Shown: positions 24,648 through 36,760 of the stretch, piece by piece
How positions within the stretch are numbered: the first letter of the stretch is position 1
Layout of the letters: the number at the start of each line of letters is the position of its first letter
Program-made: the position numbers and the translations under genes
The notes under the pieces: model-generated
Told to the model about the DNA's origin: nothing
What the model saw: the letters and a program-made list of their open reading frames with translations, nothing else
Databases searched by the model: none
From: Ginglymostoma cirratum
Taxonomy: Eukaryota
Assembly: GCA_024137785.1 (NCBI GenBank)
Contig: JAHRHZ010000166.1
Coordinates: 1,064,736 to 1,128,735, forward strand
Reading direction: 5' to 3'
Length of the DNA: 64,000 bases

Positions 24648-24947
24648 GAGGTTCTCCGGTTATGTTTCGTTTGTCCCCACCACTGAATAATATTTCCTCC
24701 AAGGAAATATTATTGATGTGCTTGGTGAGAGGCATATATTCTTATTCGTTTGTCATTCATTGGAATGTTTCTGGACGGACTACTGAGGAGTTAGTCGATT
24801 CCATGACGTTTGAGTTCAATGGAAGCAGTATTCGAAGTCTTATCAGCATCTCCATGGACTTTTGGCACAGAAGTGGTCACTATATTTGTTCTGTGCAAAT
24901 GAATTCCACAGACTACCTTATCAGTGAAATTGTCTGAACTCAGAGAG
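24648..24947 (+). pseudogene. C1-set Ig domain exon
   Basis: GGSPVMFRLSPP...LLMCLVRGIYSYSFVIHWNVSG...SIRSLISISMDFWHRSGHYICSVQ matches the C1 pattern (PxV..L.P, LxCLVxG, W, S.L.I...W..G.YxCxV). In-frame acceptor AG at 24646-24647; the stronger-looking AG at 24633-24634 is out of phase. In-frame TGA 24935-24937 lies 10 nt before the phase-1 donor GAG|GTAGAT. Confidence 0.85.
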
Positions 24948-25674
24948 GTAGATGCAGATATTAGAATGTTGCCACAAATCGTTTGATTAGTTAACCATTG
25001 TGTTAATTTATAAATCAACCTGCTTCCCAATTTATTCTCCTGACTATACCATGTTAAAAAAATGTAAATAATATAAGCACTTTCGAACTAGGTAACTCTA
25101 GATTCCAGATAGCTTTCACATTTGTTTCGGTTTTTTTTTTCCGGCCGTTTTCAAACATTATTTCTCGATATTTATGTTTCACTGCTTGTTTTCCTATTGG
25201 AAAACAACTTGACTACTTTAATGCTAAGGACTTCAGGATCCTGTCCCATTTAGATGCAGAGTGTCGAAAAACATACGATAAGCATGTTGAACATTGTAGC
25301 TATTCTTGTTATCTGAAGAAGTTTATCTTTCCAAATTTATCTAATTCCACTTTTCCATCTACCAGCGTGCTCTCTCATAAGAGTTTCTTCTACTATACCA
25401 TCCACTCCCTCATGTTCTTCTCTATCTAAGTAGACACTGCCTTTAGTTTGAAACAATACCGTGTTTCTAATGCCTCCTTCTATTGGAAAATAATTTATTA
25501 CATATATCATACCTTCATTCCTTCGTTAGTTTCGGCGACAATCTTCTATTTATGCTATTCCAGATTTACTGATCAATGAGAATGAAATCCTTGATAGTCA
25601 GTTATAATTCTGAACTTCACACTGTCCATGTCACTCGGCTGTCAATAGACAAATAGTGGATTAAACATAATCAT

Positions 25675-25973
25675 ACAAACATTACAGCAGGGAGGCCATT
25701 CATTTCATCAGGTCTTCATCGAACCTCTGAGCATCCCACCATATCCTCATAAGCACCAACTGCCCTACGCACGTACGGAGACTATGGGGTAATTTAGCAG
25801 GACCAAACAACCTAAGCTGCGCAACTTTGGTTTCCGGGAAGAAACTAGAAAAACCAGTAGAAACAAACACAGACACAGGGGGAATGTGCAAGCTCCACAC
25901 AGCCATCTAAGTCTGGAATTGTAATCTGGCCCCATCGTGCTGAGAGGCACCAATGCTAGCCATTGTGCTACCC
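25675..25973 (-). mobile_element. HE1-type V-SINE (intronic)
   Basis: CACAGACACAGGGGGAATGTGCAAGCTCCACACAG = reverse V domain. Confidence 0.75.
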
Positions 25974-26104
25974 TAAATACAAAACATCAACGGACTTTCC
26001 AAAATGCTGTGAATAATGCAAAAAAAAGGCACACTGGTCCAACATTCTCACTGCACGGTGAGAAATTGTTTGTCATACTGATTTATACTCGAAATAGAAG
26101 CAAT

Positions 26105-26465
26105 AGGGTGGCGCGGTGGCGCAGTGGCTCGGTGATGAGCACTGTTGCCTCACTGCGCCAGGAACCAGCATTTGATTCCAACCTCGGCTGGCATTCATTA
26201 TAGAGTTTATGCCTGCATGAGTTCTCTCCGGCTCCTCCAGTTTCCTCCCAGAGCCCAAAGAAGTGCCGATTAGGTGGATTGGATGTACTTAATTGCCCAT
26301 AGTGTTCAGAGATGTGCGGGCGAGGTGGGTTAACCATGGTAAATGTAGAATTACGGGGATAGAGTAAGGGGTGCATATGGGAGGGATGCTCTTTGTGGGG
26401 TCGGTGTGATCTCGTTTGGCCGAATGGCATGATTCCATACTGTACTACCCTTTGTTGTATCTATA
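26105..26465 (+). mobile_element. HE1-type V-SINE (intronic)
   Basis: GGGTGGCGCGGTGGCGCAGTGG head, CTCCAGTTTCCTCCC, CR1-like tail. Confidence 0.75.
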
Positions 26466-26762
26466 ATTCTCTGAATTGAAAGATGATAGAGAGGTGAAGA
26501 AATTAAATAACGAATCTCCATCTTATAGCTGCAGCAGCTGATGTTGCGATATTTAAGGTGCAGTGATTTGAACATGGAGGTGGAAGATATTTTGAACTGT
26601 AGGAATGACAAGATTGCAAAAGCAATAGCGATTTTCATAGCCGTAGCTACTATTAATTAATTGGGACTTTACTAAATATTGGAGAGTTATGTTTGGCTCA
26701 TTTATATGAATTTTCGAATTTCCCATTTATTTGATTTTTTTTTTTGTTTTTTGCTCATTCAG

Positions 26763-26876
26763 AAGCTCCTCAGATTGCAGCCTGTTTCATCAACATTTTG
26801 GCAAGTCTATCGTTCATCCTTCTGCTTCTGGTAACCATTTGCTTTGTGCTAAAACAAAAGTGGAAATGCAAATCAG
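26763..26876 (+). pseudogene. Connecting peptide + transmembrane exon
   Basis: Long T-rich acceptor ...ttgctcattcag|; 114 nt, phase 1-1; (E)APQIAACFINILASLSFILLLLVTICFVLKQKWKCKS: hydrophobic helix with no charged residue, followed by a basic stop-transfer; donor CAG|GTACCA. Confidence 0.85.
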
Positions 26877-26987
26877 GTACCAACTGACAGAGATGACTTT
26901 TACATAAGTAAATTGCCAATCATTTGGTAAAGTTCAAAACTGATATCTGAGCTGGCACCTTAATTCTAATATACCACCTTAAATCAG

Positions 26988-27046
26988 AGAATGCAAATCC
27001 AGATGATCAGCACCCTGAATCAAGCATTAAGACACCAGAAAATGAG
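26988..27046 (+). pseudogene. Cytoplasmic exon 1
   Basis: aaatcag| acceptor, 59 nt phase 1-0, (E)NANPDDQHPESSIKTPENE, consensus donor GAG|GTAAGT. Confidence 0.75.
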
Positions 27047-27499
27047 GTAAGTATGAAATACATTAGTTAAGTCAGCTGTGGGGTTTATAAGGAATTTTAA
27101 ACATTATATAACCATTCGTGATCACAACAGGTTTCAAAAGCTTCACCACTTAAGTATTGAAGAACGTTTCTCACTGGTATGGTACAGTTAGTGTGGAGAA
27201 AACAAAGATTCGTGGAAAAAGCAGACCATTCTGCACATCCTGCATGCTTCATAATGTTTTAGTATCGATAAAATTCTTGATATTGATTTGTCTCCAACTG
27301 CACTTATGTTTTCTGCAAGCCCATATTATGGTGTATTCATTTTTCAATCAAAGCATGTTTAACACAACTTGAAACTGTTCAATGTCTTTGCATGAAGCAC
27401 TCTCTGTCAAGCCAATTTCAAAGTTGAATTCTCTCTCAGCAAAACAAAATAGTTTTCTTCTAATTATTTAGTTTGTGCTCAAATGTTCTACATGACCGC

Positions 27500-28780
27500 A
27501 AAAAGAAAAAAAAAAGTTATGCAAGCGTCCTCTCTGTCAAGCCCTGTTAATGTCTCAAGTGGCTTCCCCAAATCAACTTTCATGCTTCTCAATTCCAAAC
27601 AGGTTAAGTTAACTGTTTACTCGTCACCCTAACCTTACCATCCCGATATCTGTCTACTGGGGCTTTGCTGAACCACTTCTAATGTACTTGCTACTTATAA
27701 AACTGAGACACTAATAATGTAGATACAATATTCCACATATAGTCTCAGAAAGTTATTACAGACCTACAGCAACTGCCTAAGCACTCCCTTTATCCTCACA
27801 CTGACATAATTTATGAAAAGAATGCAGAGACCTCTTCACATTTAAGAGGCCTAATATCTCTCTCAGTTTAAATAACTTGCATTTTTTTTCTAATCACTCT
27901 AACAAAGTCTTCAAGTTAATGTTTTCCTACTTGTCACACTTTTATTCCTCGTTTAGCCTCTTTAGCTCCATTTTGCTCACTTTTTATGGACCCTTGGAAA
28001 CTTCCTGTCCTACGTAGGCTTGCATGCTCAGAAATGTCATTTCACAATACGTTTCGTCCATGATCAAAGTATTTCTTACAGATAATAGGTAGCTTGTGTC
28101 GAAATAGTGATCCCTGTATCAATCCAATGCTTATAACTGACAAATCAGGAGTCATTGCTTTATCCCGATTCTTTGATTCCGTTAAGTTCATACATCTCTT
28201 AAAATTTGCTCCACACTTAATGAAAAAGTTTGCCACATAGATGAACTTCAAGTGGCATGTTATCAAATATGTTATTGCAGTTCAAACATACATATGTCAC
28301 AATTTATCCCTTCATCCACCCTGCATGTTACTTCCTCATTGACATCAAGAAAATTGGTCAAACACGATATTCCATTCACAATAAAATGTTGGCTCAGTCT
28401 CATCGAACGATTGCTTTTATAAACCTCTTCCTGAATGTCGTCCAAGTGTCTCCTGATTTAGAGTTTCTATGTTTTGTTTAAATTTAATTTTAAGGATGCC
28501 ACGTTAACTCTGAACTCATTCCCTACATGCTGTTTTATCTTTGTTACTTCAATTGCAATGTTATATACATGGGAATGTTGAGACTTTTGAAAAATCTAGT
28601 GAATTTTGGTCCATCACAAACGATGTATCTGTAACCTGTATTTTCCCTCCTTTACGATTTAAAATGCAAGTCACCAGTTTGAGGAGTATTGACAATTTGC
28701 ATGTCAGAAGGTTTTCTCAATGCATTTACCTCGGGATTGTTTTTGTCTTAAGTTCTCTATCCTAAATACCTTTTGATAAT
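27500..28780 (-). mobile_element. Highly degenerate CR1 fragment (intronic)
   Basis: Scattered reverse CR1 motifs (AGTGATCCCTG, TTAAAATTTGCT..., CAAGAAATTGGTCAAACACGAT). Confidence 0.5.
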
Positions 28781-28949
28781 GGCTTGTCTCAATATACTTT
28801 TCATTCCCTGTTCAAAAATTGAATTAGAAGTCTTAGCAGATGGTTCTCGTGCTAAAATTGAAAGTGAACTTCTATTATGTCATCGCTATTGCCCCGTTTA
28901 ACGTTGTTCACTCGGACAACATTACCAATCTTATTACAGTACACATTGT

Positions 28950-29215
28950 ATTGGAGAAGTGACGGCCTACTGTAATCATCGCTGGACTATTAATGCAGAA
29001 GCCCTGATAATTCTCTGGGGTCTTGAGTTCGAATCCCACCATGGCAGATGATGGATGAATTCAACAGAAATAGCTGATTCAGTAATGCCCTTAGGGGAGG
29101 AAGCTGCCATTCTTATCTTTTCTGGCCTGCATGTGACTCCAGAGTCACAGCGGTGTGATTGGCTCTAGGCAATAAATATTGTCCAGGCAGCAGAGCCCTC
29201 ATTCTACGTTTAAAA
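28950..29215 (+). mobile_element. tRNA-derived Deu-domain-type SINE
   Basis: GGACTATTAAT...GAGTTCGAATCCCACCATGGCAGATG (B box) + TCTGGCCTGCATGTGACTCCAGA core. Confidence 0.7.
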
Positions 29216-29389
29216 AATAAGAAGGCTAACAAACATTCTTAATTTAAATATAACAAATACCTTTTTAGGGAGTTGAATGTAATGTTTCAAAATTATTCGA
29301 TCTAATGCATGTTATAAACAGGTTAAATAGCATTGTTTTTTGGGTGGTGGGGCAGTGAAAATATCATGAAGACAAACAATCAATAAACC

Positions 29390-29680
29390 CAAGCCAACAT
29401 TCTGGTGATGTAGCTTCGAGTGCTATCAAGACAGATGACGAAATTTGAATCGGCAATAAAAGATTGGCATGTGGTAACCATGTAATCACTACAGATTGTC
29501 ACAAATCAAAAAAAAAATTCACTAACATACATTAACGAAGCAAATGTTCTGTCCCTATTTCGTCTGGCCTATAGGTGACTCCAGACCGACTGCAATGTGG
29601 TTAATTTTATTTTTCCCTTTGTACAATTGAAGACTCTCAATAAATTCTGTCCTTGCCAGCAAGAATCCCGTGAATAAATA
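29390..29680 (+). mobile_element. Degenerate Deu-domain SINE
   Basis: TCTGGCCTATAGGTGACTCCAGACC...AATAAATTCTGTCCTTGCCAGC. Confidence 0.55.
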
Positions 29681-29989
29681 TGAAATCCACACTTCAGCAT
29701 AAGGCTGCCATATTCTTTCATTCTAACTTAGTGAATATCAAAACAACCAAGACTTATGCCTGTGTATTTCTTGTCCTGCAATACACTTGTTGTTTGGAGG
29801 CTAAAGCTTTTTTTATACGATTTATGTAATTTTTTAGAATCTTGAGTGTGTGCATAAATGAATGACAGACGCAGTACACTGTGGGCAAATGTGAGGTTAT
29901 CGTCTTTGGGATCAAATCCAACAACTGATTTTGAAATGATATATATTGAGAAACAGAAATGTGTAATCAGACGAGGGTATTCTTACAAT

Positions 29990-30900
29990 TCATCTGCCAT
30001 GTTTCTGCCTATGTGACCAAATTCTCAATGACTCCTGATGACGCACAGTGTCATCTCCACAGTTTGCTCTTGTCCGTAGCTTAGTAATATCTGAAAATTT
30101 AAAGATTTTGCTCTCAACACTCCGTCACCCGAAAAATCATTTTTGTAAGTCAGAAAAGCAAAGACAAAGCTTATTCCCGAGGAATATTACATTCCTCTCG
30201 TCTTCACTCTGAGAAATTCCCACCTCAACTAATATTTCTTTCCTTTCTTTTTGACAACTTCTAATCCTTTCTGCCAAGCCCTATCAATACAATAATTTCT
30301 AAATTGCTGACCAACCTGCCATATACCACCGTATCCAATGTTTTCTGACAGTCCAAATATTCAACATTCGCAACACTACCGTCTTCTATTACCTACATCA
30401 CCCCTGTCAAAGTACTCAATTAAAATTGAGGCATGACCTGTTCATGACAATATCATGTTATCTGCATGGCGTTAATTGATGTTATCTCTAAGTGTGTGCT
30501 TACCTTATGTCACATTATGGCTTATATCGGTTTTCCCACTATTGATATCAAGCTGACAGACTGTAGTTTACTCAGTGGTCGTTTAGCCATTTTATTAAAT
30601 AATGAACTCATTCGAAATCCTCCAGTCTCACAGTAATAATTGTGTTCAGCAACGCCTGGAAAAATTCTTTCAACAGCTCTGCGATTTGGTCCTTTACCTC
30701 CTGCAACAATTTGTATCCATTCCATTGGGCCTGAAGATTTCTCTAGCTGAATTCCTGTCAGCCTTTGTTGCATCCTGTTTTTTGTATCACTATACTGCTC
30801 AGTTGCTCATCGCCCACATTTTCAACCAGGCCATTGTCACCATATTTTAATTTCATAAAGACAGTACCAATATGATAATTTGATACCTCTGCCATACCCT
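29990..30900 (-). mobile_element. Old CR1 RT fragment (intronic)
   Basis: Minus ORF LEKSSGP...SLISIVGK (KSPGPDG / SLTSVVGK homology). Confidence 0.6.
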
Positions 30901-31252
30901 TTGCTTCACTGAGCACTTTGCTCTTCCCTTATGTGTCCTTCTTTCTCTTTTTTTTGGTAAAAACAAGATGACGTCCAGAATATATTTTCATGCATTGGTT
31001 TTGACAGTTATTTGCTCCAGGAATGCACACAGATCTAGAGTTGGATTAAGGCATATACCTCACTATCGGGTATGACTGAAGATTCTTACAGAATATTTAG
31101 TCAGTTAGTCTCCAAAGTGCATCGTCACTAAACAATAGTAGTGTTTTCTTGTTGGTTTTAAATTCATGCTTGTACAGATGCACAGTTAAGGATAATGTTG
31201 AACAGGAGAGTTAAGGATTCATTAACACTAATTTCATTCGTCCTCCTTACAG

Positions 31253-31294
31253 GTTCTTTATGCTTACCTGGCATTCAGTGAAAATGACCAATAA
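31253..31294 (+). pseudogene. Cytoplasmic exon 2 with ITIM (VLYAYL)
   Basis: Acceptor ttcgtcctccttacag|, phase 0, VLYAYLAFSENDQ*; V-x-Y-x-x-L fits the ITIM consensus; AATAAA follows at 31411. Confidence 0.75.
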
Positions 31295-31410
31295 GGAAGA
31301 AAAGGTTAAGAGTATGGCAAATTTATACAGCCCTAGAAAAACTTTAGATCTTTTTATAAGAAAATTGTCCAACACGTAATAACACATACTTAGTGTTCAT
31401 TTAATCTACT

Positions 31411-31416
31411 AATAAA
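31411..31416 (+). terminator. Candidate polyadenylation signal of the Ig-receptor gene
   Basis: AATAAA ~115 nt after the stop; a second AATAAA near 31464. The region is AT-rich, so specificity is modest. Confidence 0.35.
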
Positions 31417-31879
31417 CAATTATTTCTTAGCTCATAATGCATTCCATTCCGTCTGCTGACGGCAATAAATGAAATATCTTGATTTCCTTTCAGTTCAAGT
31501 CACATTCTCCTAATACAGTGTAAAGAATCATCCGACTCCATTTTTATTACTATCCTAAGACAAATGAAGGGAAACAAAAGACGTTGCAACAATGCAATCA
31601 TCTATCTGTGTAAGAGACATGTATTTATAACAATTTATTTTATTATAATAGTTAGACGAAATAATAAATAGCAAGTAATTGCGTTGGTAGGAATACAAAC
31701 AACGATAGGCTAATACAGAGGCAAAATTTGTAATCTGGTGGAAAACATCTGCCCTTCATGTAAAATTGTTTACTGAAAGGAACAATGCTTCTTAAAATAA
31801 TTTTACACTTGATTGGTTTATAAAATAGTACCACTTTCATAACCAGGAAGTTGTTGAGGTGTCTACCGGACTTGCATTA

Positions 31880-32013
31880 NNNNNNNNNNNNNNNNNNNNN
31901 NNNNNNNNNNNNNNNNNNNNNNNNNNNNNNNNNNNNNNNNNNNNNNNNNNNNNNNNNNNNNNNNNNNNNNNNNNNNNNNNNNNNNNNNNNNNNNNNNNNN
32001 NNNNNNNNNNNNN
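31880..32013. other. Assembly gap (134 N)
   Basis: Run of N. Confidence 1.
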
Positions 32014-32367
32014 AAGAAGAAGAGAGTTCTTAAGGTCTTCTGAAGCACTGTGGGATGGTGGTGGCTGCGTTGGAAGTGGGGGTGGAGAGAAGAGACAAAA
32101 TTTGGGATATGAGGAAAATAATCGTCAAGCATTCTGTAAAACATTAGTTTCTTGGAAGAACCATGTAGTTTTACCAATCAATGCCATATAGTTAGCTTCG
32201 TTACTTCAACCTAAAACATGGAGAAGGAAAAGATGCCAATTTGAAGCTGAGAAACCACTATTGGAACAAAACGTAATAGGAAGACAATTGCCCTTTCTTT
32301 TGGATAAAATATTGGTCTTATGATGGACTTTTCTCACCACGGTTCCTATCCAGGTGAGACATTAGGA

Positions 32368-32465
32368 GACAGAAAAAGAAATTGCTGAAAGCCTTAGCAG
32401 GTCTGGCTGCATCTGCAGAGAAGTCAGAGATAATGTTTCTGGTTCAGTGACCCTTCCTCAGAACA
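32368..32465 (-). mobile_element. Family-B terminal repeat
   Basis: CAGCAGGTCTGGCTGCATCTGC-like ... GTGACCCTTCCTCAGAAC (reverse hammerhead core). Confidence 0.65.
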
Positions 32466-33279
32466 TGACGAGAGGTTGTCATGCGATTTACATGGCAATT
32501 CTCCCACAGATGGGGAATGAAGACACCTTATAAATTACGATGGTGCTGAGATCAAAGATGGAACAGAACCATTATAATTGGAAAAATTCTTTCAAATTTA
32601 ACTTCTCATGATTTTCCTTTCCTCTTCAATGATTCAAAATAAATAGCCAAGGCCTTTGTGTTTAAACATATAGAACATGTCCTTACTCAGACAGTAAACA
32701 CTTATTTCACACCAGTTCACTGTAATTTCAAAGACCACAGTTAAAAGTAGTTTACAAGATGTGGCACAGAAGCACGAGTAAAACTTCCCTCAAGCATTAA
32801 AAATGTACTGATGTGTCAGCAGATACTTAGATGGGCAAGTTATGTGAAATTCTGTAATTCAAGCCAAACATCAGAAACTCTTATGATAGAAATAATCTCA
32901 TCTCAGAATTATCATTCAACAATGATCATTCTTTGATATATTAACGTTAATATAAAACATATTTTGGCAGTGTCGATGTATACTTTTACAGATTGATGTC
33001 TACAAAATAGGAAATATGATTTAATTTCCAATGTAAAAATTACTAATATAATATTAGAAAGAAATATATATGTAGGTTTGGGTGCGTATATATGCACACG
33101 CACACACACACACAAACACCAGAGTACTAAATTGAGTGCTCCTACAGAATATGAGCAAATTGGAGGATAAGGTGAGGGTAGAAAATTGAACAGATATAAT
33201 GCTTCAATAAAGTTGTACCCTGGAAACAACTATCCATCGGAAATCAATAGCGAAGGCACAACTCAAGAATGCTACAACT

Positions 33280-33850
33280 ACCAAGGCAGTAATACTGTGT
33301 GAATTATTGGAGCTGTGAGTTGACAAGTCCCGAGGTCCTGACGGTTTCACTTAGATTCCTCGAGGAAATAGCCAGTAGGATAGTTAATGTGCTGTGGCCA
33401 ATTTCACACAAGTAATCAGAGTTAAGGAATGTTCCTGAGATTGGAAACTAACTGACATAACTCATTTAATGGAAAAGTTAAGGTATGAAGAAGACAGCAA
33501 CCTAATAGGCAAAGTTGCTTACTGTCAGAAGGCAAGATTTAGAAGTTATTATTAAACATGTTATGAAAGAACTCCTTGATTAATTAAACTTAATCAGAAG
33601 GGTCAGCATGGTTTTGCCAAACTAATTTAATGGTGTTCTTTGAAGAAGTAACTTGTGCTGTAGATAAACGGGAATCGTTAAATTGCATTATTAAATGCCT
33701 CAATGGACCTCAACTCTTTACAATTCCTACAAATGATTTAAAAGCACAGACTGAAGTTATGGTCGCTAAATTTGCAGATGACCCCAAAGATATGTAGAGT
33801 TATGAAGAGTTCAGAGGCACTACAAGGAGATACAAATTGGTTAAACAAAA
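33280..33850 (+). mobile_element. Old CR1 RT fragment, continued at ~35925-37240 after insertions
   Basis: GACAAGTCCCGAGGTCCTGACGG (KSPGPDG), GTCAGCATGGTTTT (SQHGF), AAATTTGCAGATGAC (KFADD). Confidence 0.7.
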
Positions 33851-33859
33851 TACAAATCA

Positions 33860-35920
33860 AGTAAACAACTCTAGATGGCAGAAATCGAAAGAAAACCAGA
33901 ACTTTCTGGAAAACCCGACAGGTCTGACAGCATCTGCAGAGGTAAAATCGAGTTTGTTTCTTTTGCACTTCCCCATCTTCAGAGCGAAGTCAAATTTGGT
34001 ATATTTGCTGAATACTGGGCTTTGGGAGTAAACGACTCGGGGGGTGGGGGGGTGGTTAGGAGGCTAAGGAGAGAGAGAGACAGACCCAGTTAAAAGTCAG
34101 CCTGGGAGAATGAATAGTTGCAAATGGAAACGATTAATGGCGGCTCATAGGTTTTGTAATCTTAGCCTCTGTGGTGACAAGGCATGGTGTGTGAAGGTTG
34201 GCTTAAGTATATGGGAGAAGATGCTGAATACCTAACAGAGTTGTAGATGATAATGAGTCTAGAAGGTTGCGCGGTTCCCAAACAGAAAATTAGATGGTAT
34301 TCTTCCAGATAATGCTGAGCTTAACTGGAGTACTGCCATCAGCCTGAGACAGAGATGTTGACCAGTGAACAAAATGGTAGTCACTGGAAGCTCAGGGCCT
34401 TGTTTTTTTTTGTAGACAGAACTTTACTGTACTCTTCTTCTGTTCGATTATATTGTGAGTAGCGAATGCAGTAGACTAGATTGAGTGAACTGCAGGTAAA
34501 TCACTGCTTGAACTGGAAGGTGTGTCTGGTGCCTTGGATAGTGAGAAGGCAAAAAGTTATCAATGGCAAGAGAACGTGTTGTAAGGGTTTGAGTAAGTGT
34601 TGGGGTTGGTGGAGGAGAGTGTGTCTTGGAGGGAATGATATCTGCATAAGTTTGACGAGCGTGGGGAGGGGAATGTGTATCTCATCGTGGTATCCAAGTA
34701 CAGATGGCAGAAATGGCAGCTAGTGATCCTCTGATGGTGGATACCAGTGGCTGCGGAGGCACAGCCAAACCCTGTTGTGAGAGGGAAGAAAGGGGACTGA
34801 GGGCCAAATTGCAGGAGATGTGTCAGACACGGCTGAAGGCCACGTCAAGCACGGTAGTGAGGAATTCTCGCTCGAGAAAGACAGTGCATATTTTGCAAGC
34901 CTCTTTGTCAACGTTGGCATTCTCAGATCAAACTTAAAAGAAAAGGACAAACTCAAAGAATGGACACCGTCTTTATAGGAAATCATGTGTGATGATCTTT
35001 TGTCAAATTAACAGTGGGAAGTGATGGCTTTGTCTGTGGATATTGGTGATCAGTCATTCCCATGAAATGGAACCAGAGGTGTTGAGGGAGGGAAGGGCAT
35101 TCAAAGATGGATAAAATGAAGGTGACAGCAAGGCCAAAATTGGAAATGATATATATAAACACTTCCAAACCTGGAAGAGAGAACACAGTTGCACTGATGC
35201 TGTCATTGGTGTACTGGAGAAGGAGTTTTCAGTGAGGGCTGAAGTAGAACTGGAACAAAGAATGTTCCATGTATCTGACAGAGACAGACATAACTGGGTT
35301 ATCCATGACCATACATTTTATCTGAGGAAAGTGAGTGGAGTTAAAAGAAAAGTTGTTCAATGTGAGGACGAGCAGCGCCAGGTAGAGGTGTATAATGGTG
35401 GACGAGAATGGTCAAGGCTATGTTTCCAGGAGGAAATTGACAGCCCTGCGACCATCCTGATTGGCGCGTGTGATGGACATGCAAAGATCCTTCCATGTCC
35501 ATGGTACCTAGGAGGCAGCTGGAACTCGTGAACTCAAAATACTGAGGTTGACTCAACATGTCAGAAGAATCACAGATGTAGGTGGGAAAGTAGATGGATG
35601 ATAATGGAATCTTGTAGGTTAGGGCTTCAGATTGGTTTCACAGGTCGGCACAACGTCGAGGGCCGAATGGCCTGTACTGCACTGTAATGTTCCAAGTTCT
35701 AGTACTGGACAAAAGGCGAAAAAAATCATGTTGTTAGTCGTGATGGATGCTGTGGGACAGGAGGAAGCAGAAAAATAGATCTGCCCAGCCAGTCCCATTT
35801 GTACTTTTCTTTGAAGGATGTTAAATTGGGCTGTTCAGGTTTTGCAGAATATTAGCTTGGAAGTAGTTGGGAAAATCACCTGACGAAAAGAAATTAGTGA
35901 CTGTCGTGGAGACAGTAGGT
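33860..35920 (-). mobile_element. Degenerate Penelope-like element (family-B end), with a small CR1 3' end inserted at ~35590-35700
   Basis: Family-B repeat at 33860-33960, followed by G-rich sequence paralleling the 60.4-62.4 kb Penelope RT/GIY-YIG region. Confidence 0.6.
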
Positions 35921-36069
35921 TATCAATAGGCTTTACAAAACTCTGCCAAATGGAGGGCAATGTAGAAAATTGTGAAATGGTACTTTTTGGTAGAAAGAAC
36001 AAAATAATCATATTATCAAATTGATGATATGTTGCAGAGTTCTAAAATAGAGTGAAAGAGCGTTATACA

Positions 36070-36760
36070 GTCATATAGTATACCAGCTTGGAAACAGCCC
36101 CTTCAGCCCAAACTGGTCCATGCAGACCATGGTGCCCACTCAGCTGGTTCCAACTGCCCGCATTGTGCCCTCATTCCTGTCCATGTATCTACCTACTTTT
36201 TTAAAAAAAATTGTTGCTATTATATTTGCCTCAACCACTTGCTCTGGCAGTCCATTCCGTATGTGCACCACTCTCTGTGTGAAGAAGTTGCCCCATAGGT
36301 CATTCTTAAATCTATACCGTCTCACTTAAATCATATGTCCTATAGTTTGATATTCCCCATCCTCGGGAAAAAGACTATATGCATTCATCCTATCTGCGCA
36401 CCTCATGATTTTATAATCTCAAAAAGGTCACCCCTCATTCTCCTACAATAGAAGGAATAAAGTCCTATCTCGGCAAAACTCTCCCTAAAACTCAGGCCTA
36501 CTAGTCCTGGCAACATCCTCATAAATCTTTTTGGCACACTTTCCAGTTTAACTACGTTGTTCCTAAAACAGAGTGCCCAAAACTGTACACAATACTCCAA
36601 GTGCGGCCTTACCAACGACTTATACAATGATAACGTTACATCCCAACTCCTATACTCAAAGCCTCGACCGATGAAGACCAGCATGCTAAATCGTTTAATC
36701 ACCACCCTGTCTGCCTGTGACACCGCTTTCAACGAACTATGTACTTGCACGCCTAGGTCC
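36070..36760 (-). mobile_element. CR1 3' fragment
   Basis: Minus ORF DLGVQVHSSLKAVSQADRVV...LYKSLVRPHLEYCVQFW. Confidence 0.9.

Larger units (their letters stand above)
23439..31294 (+). pseudogene. Ig-superfamily receptor, germline-joined VJ + C1 + TM + ITIM tail (antigen-receptor-like, non-rearranging); disabled copy
   Basis: Five exons (V, C1, TM, Cyt1, Cyt2) with GT-AG boundaries and compatible phases (1-1, 1-1, 1-1, 1-0, 0-stop) give V(J)-C1-TM-cytoplasmic ITIM. Premature stops at 24313-24315 and 24935-24937 and a frameshift inside V. The leader exon is less certain. Confidence 0.85.

Noticed and set aside
33095-33115. (CA)n microsatellite
   Set aside because: Short and ordinary.
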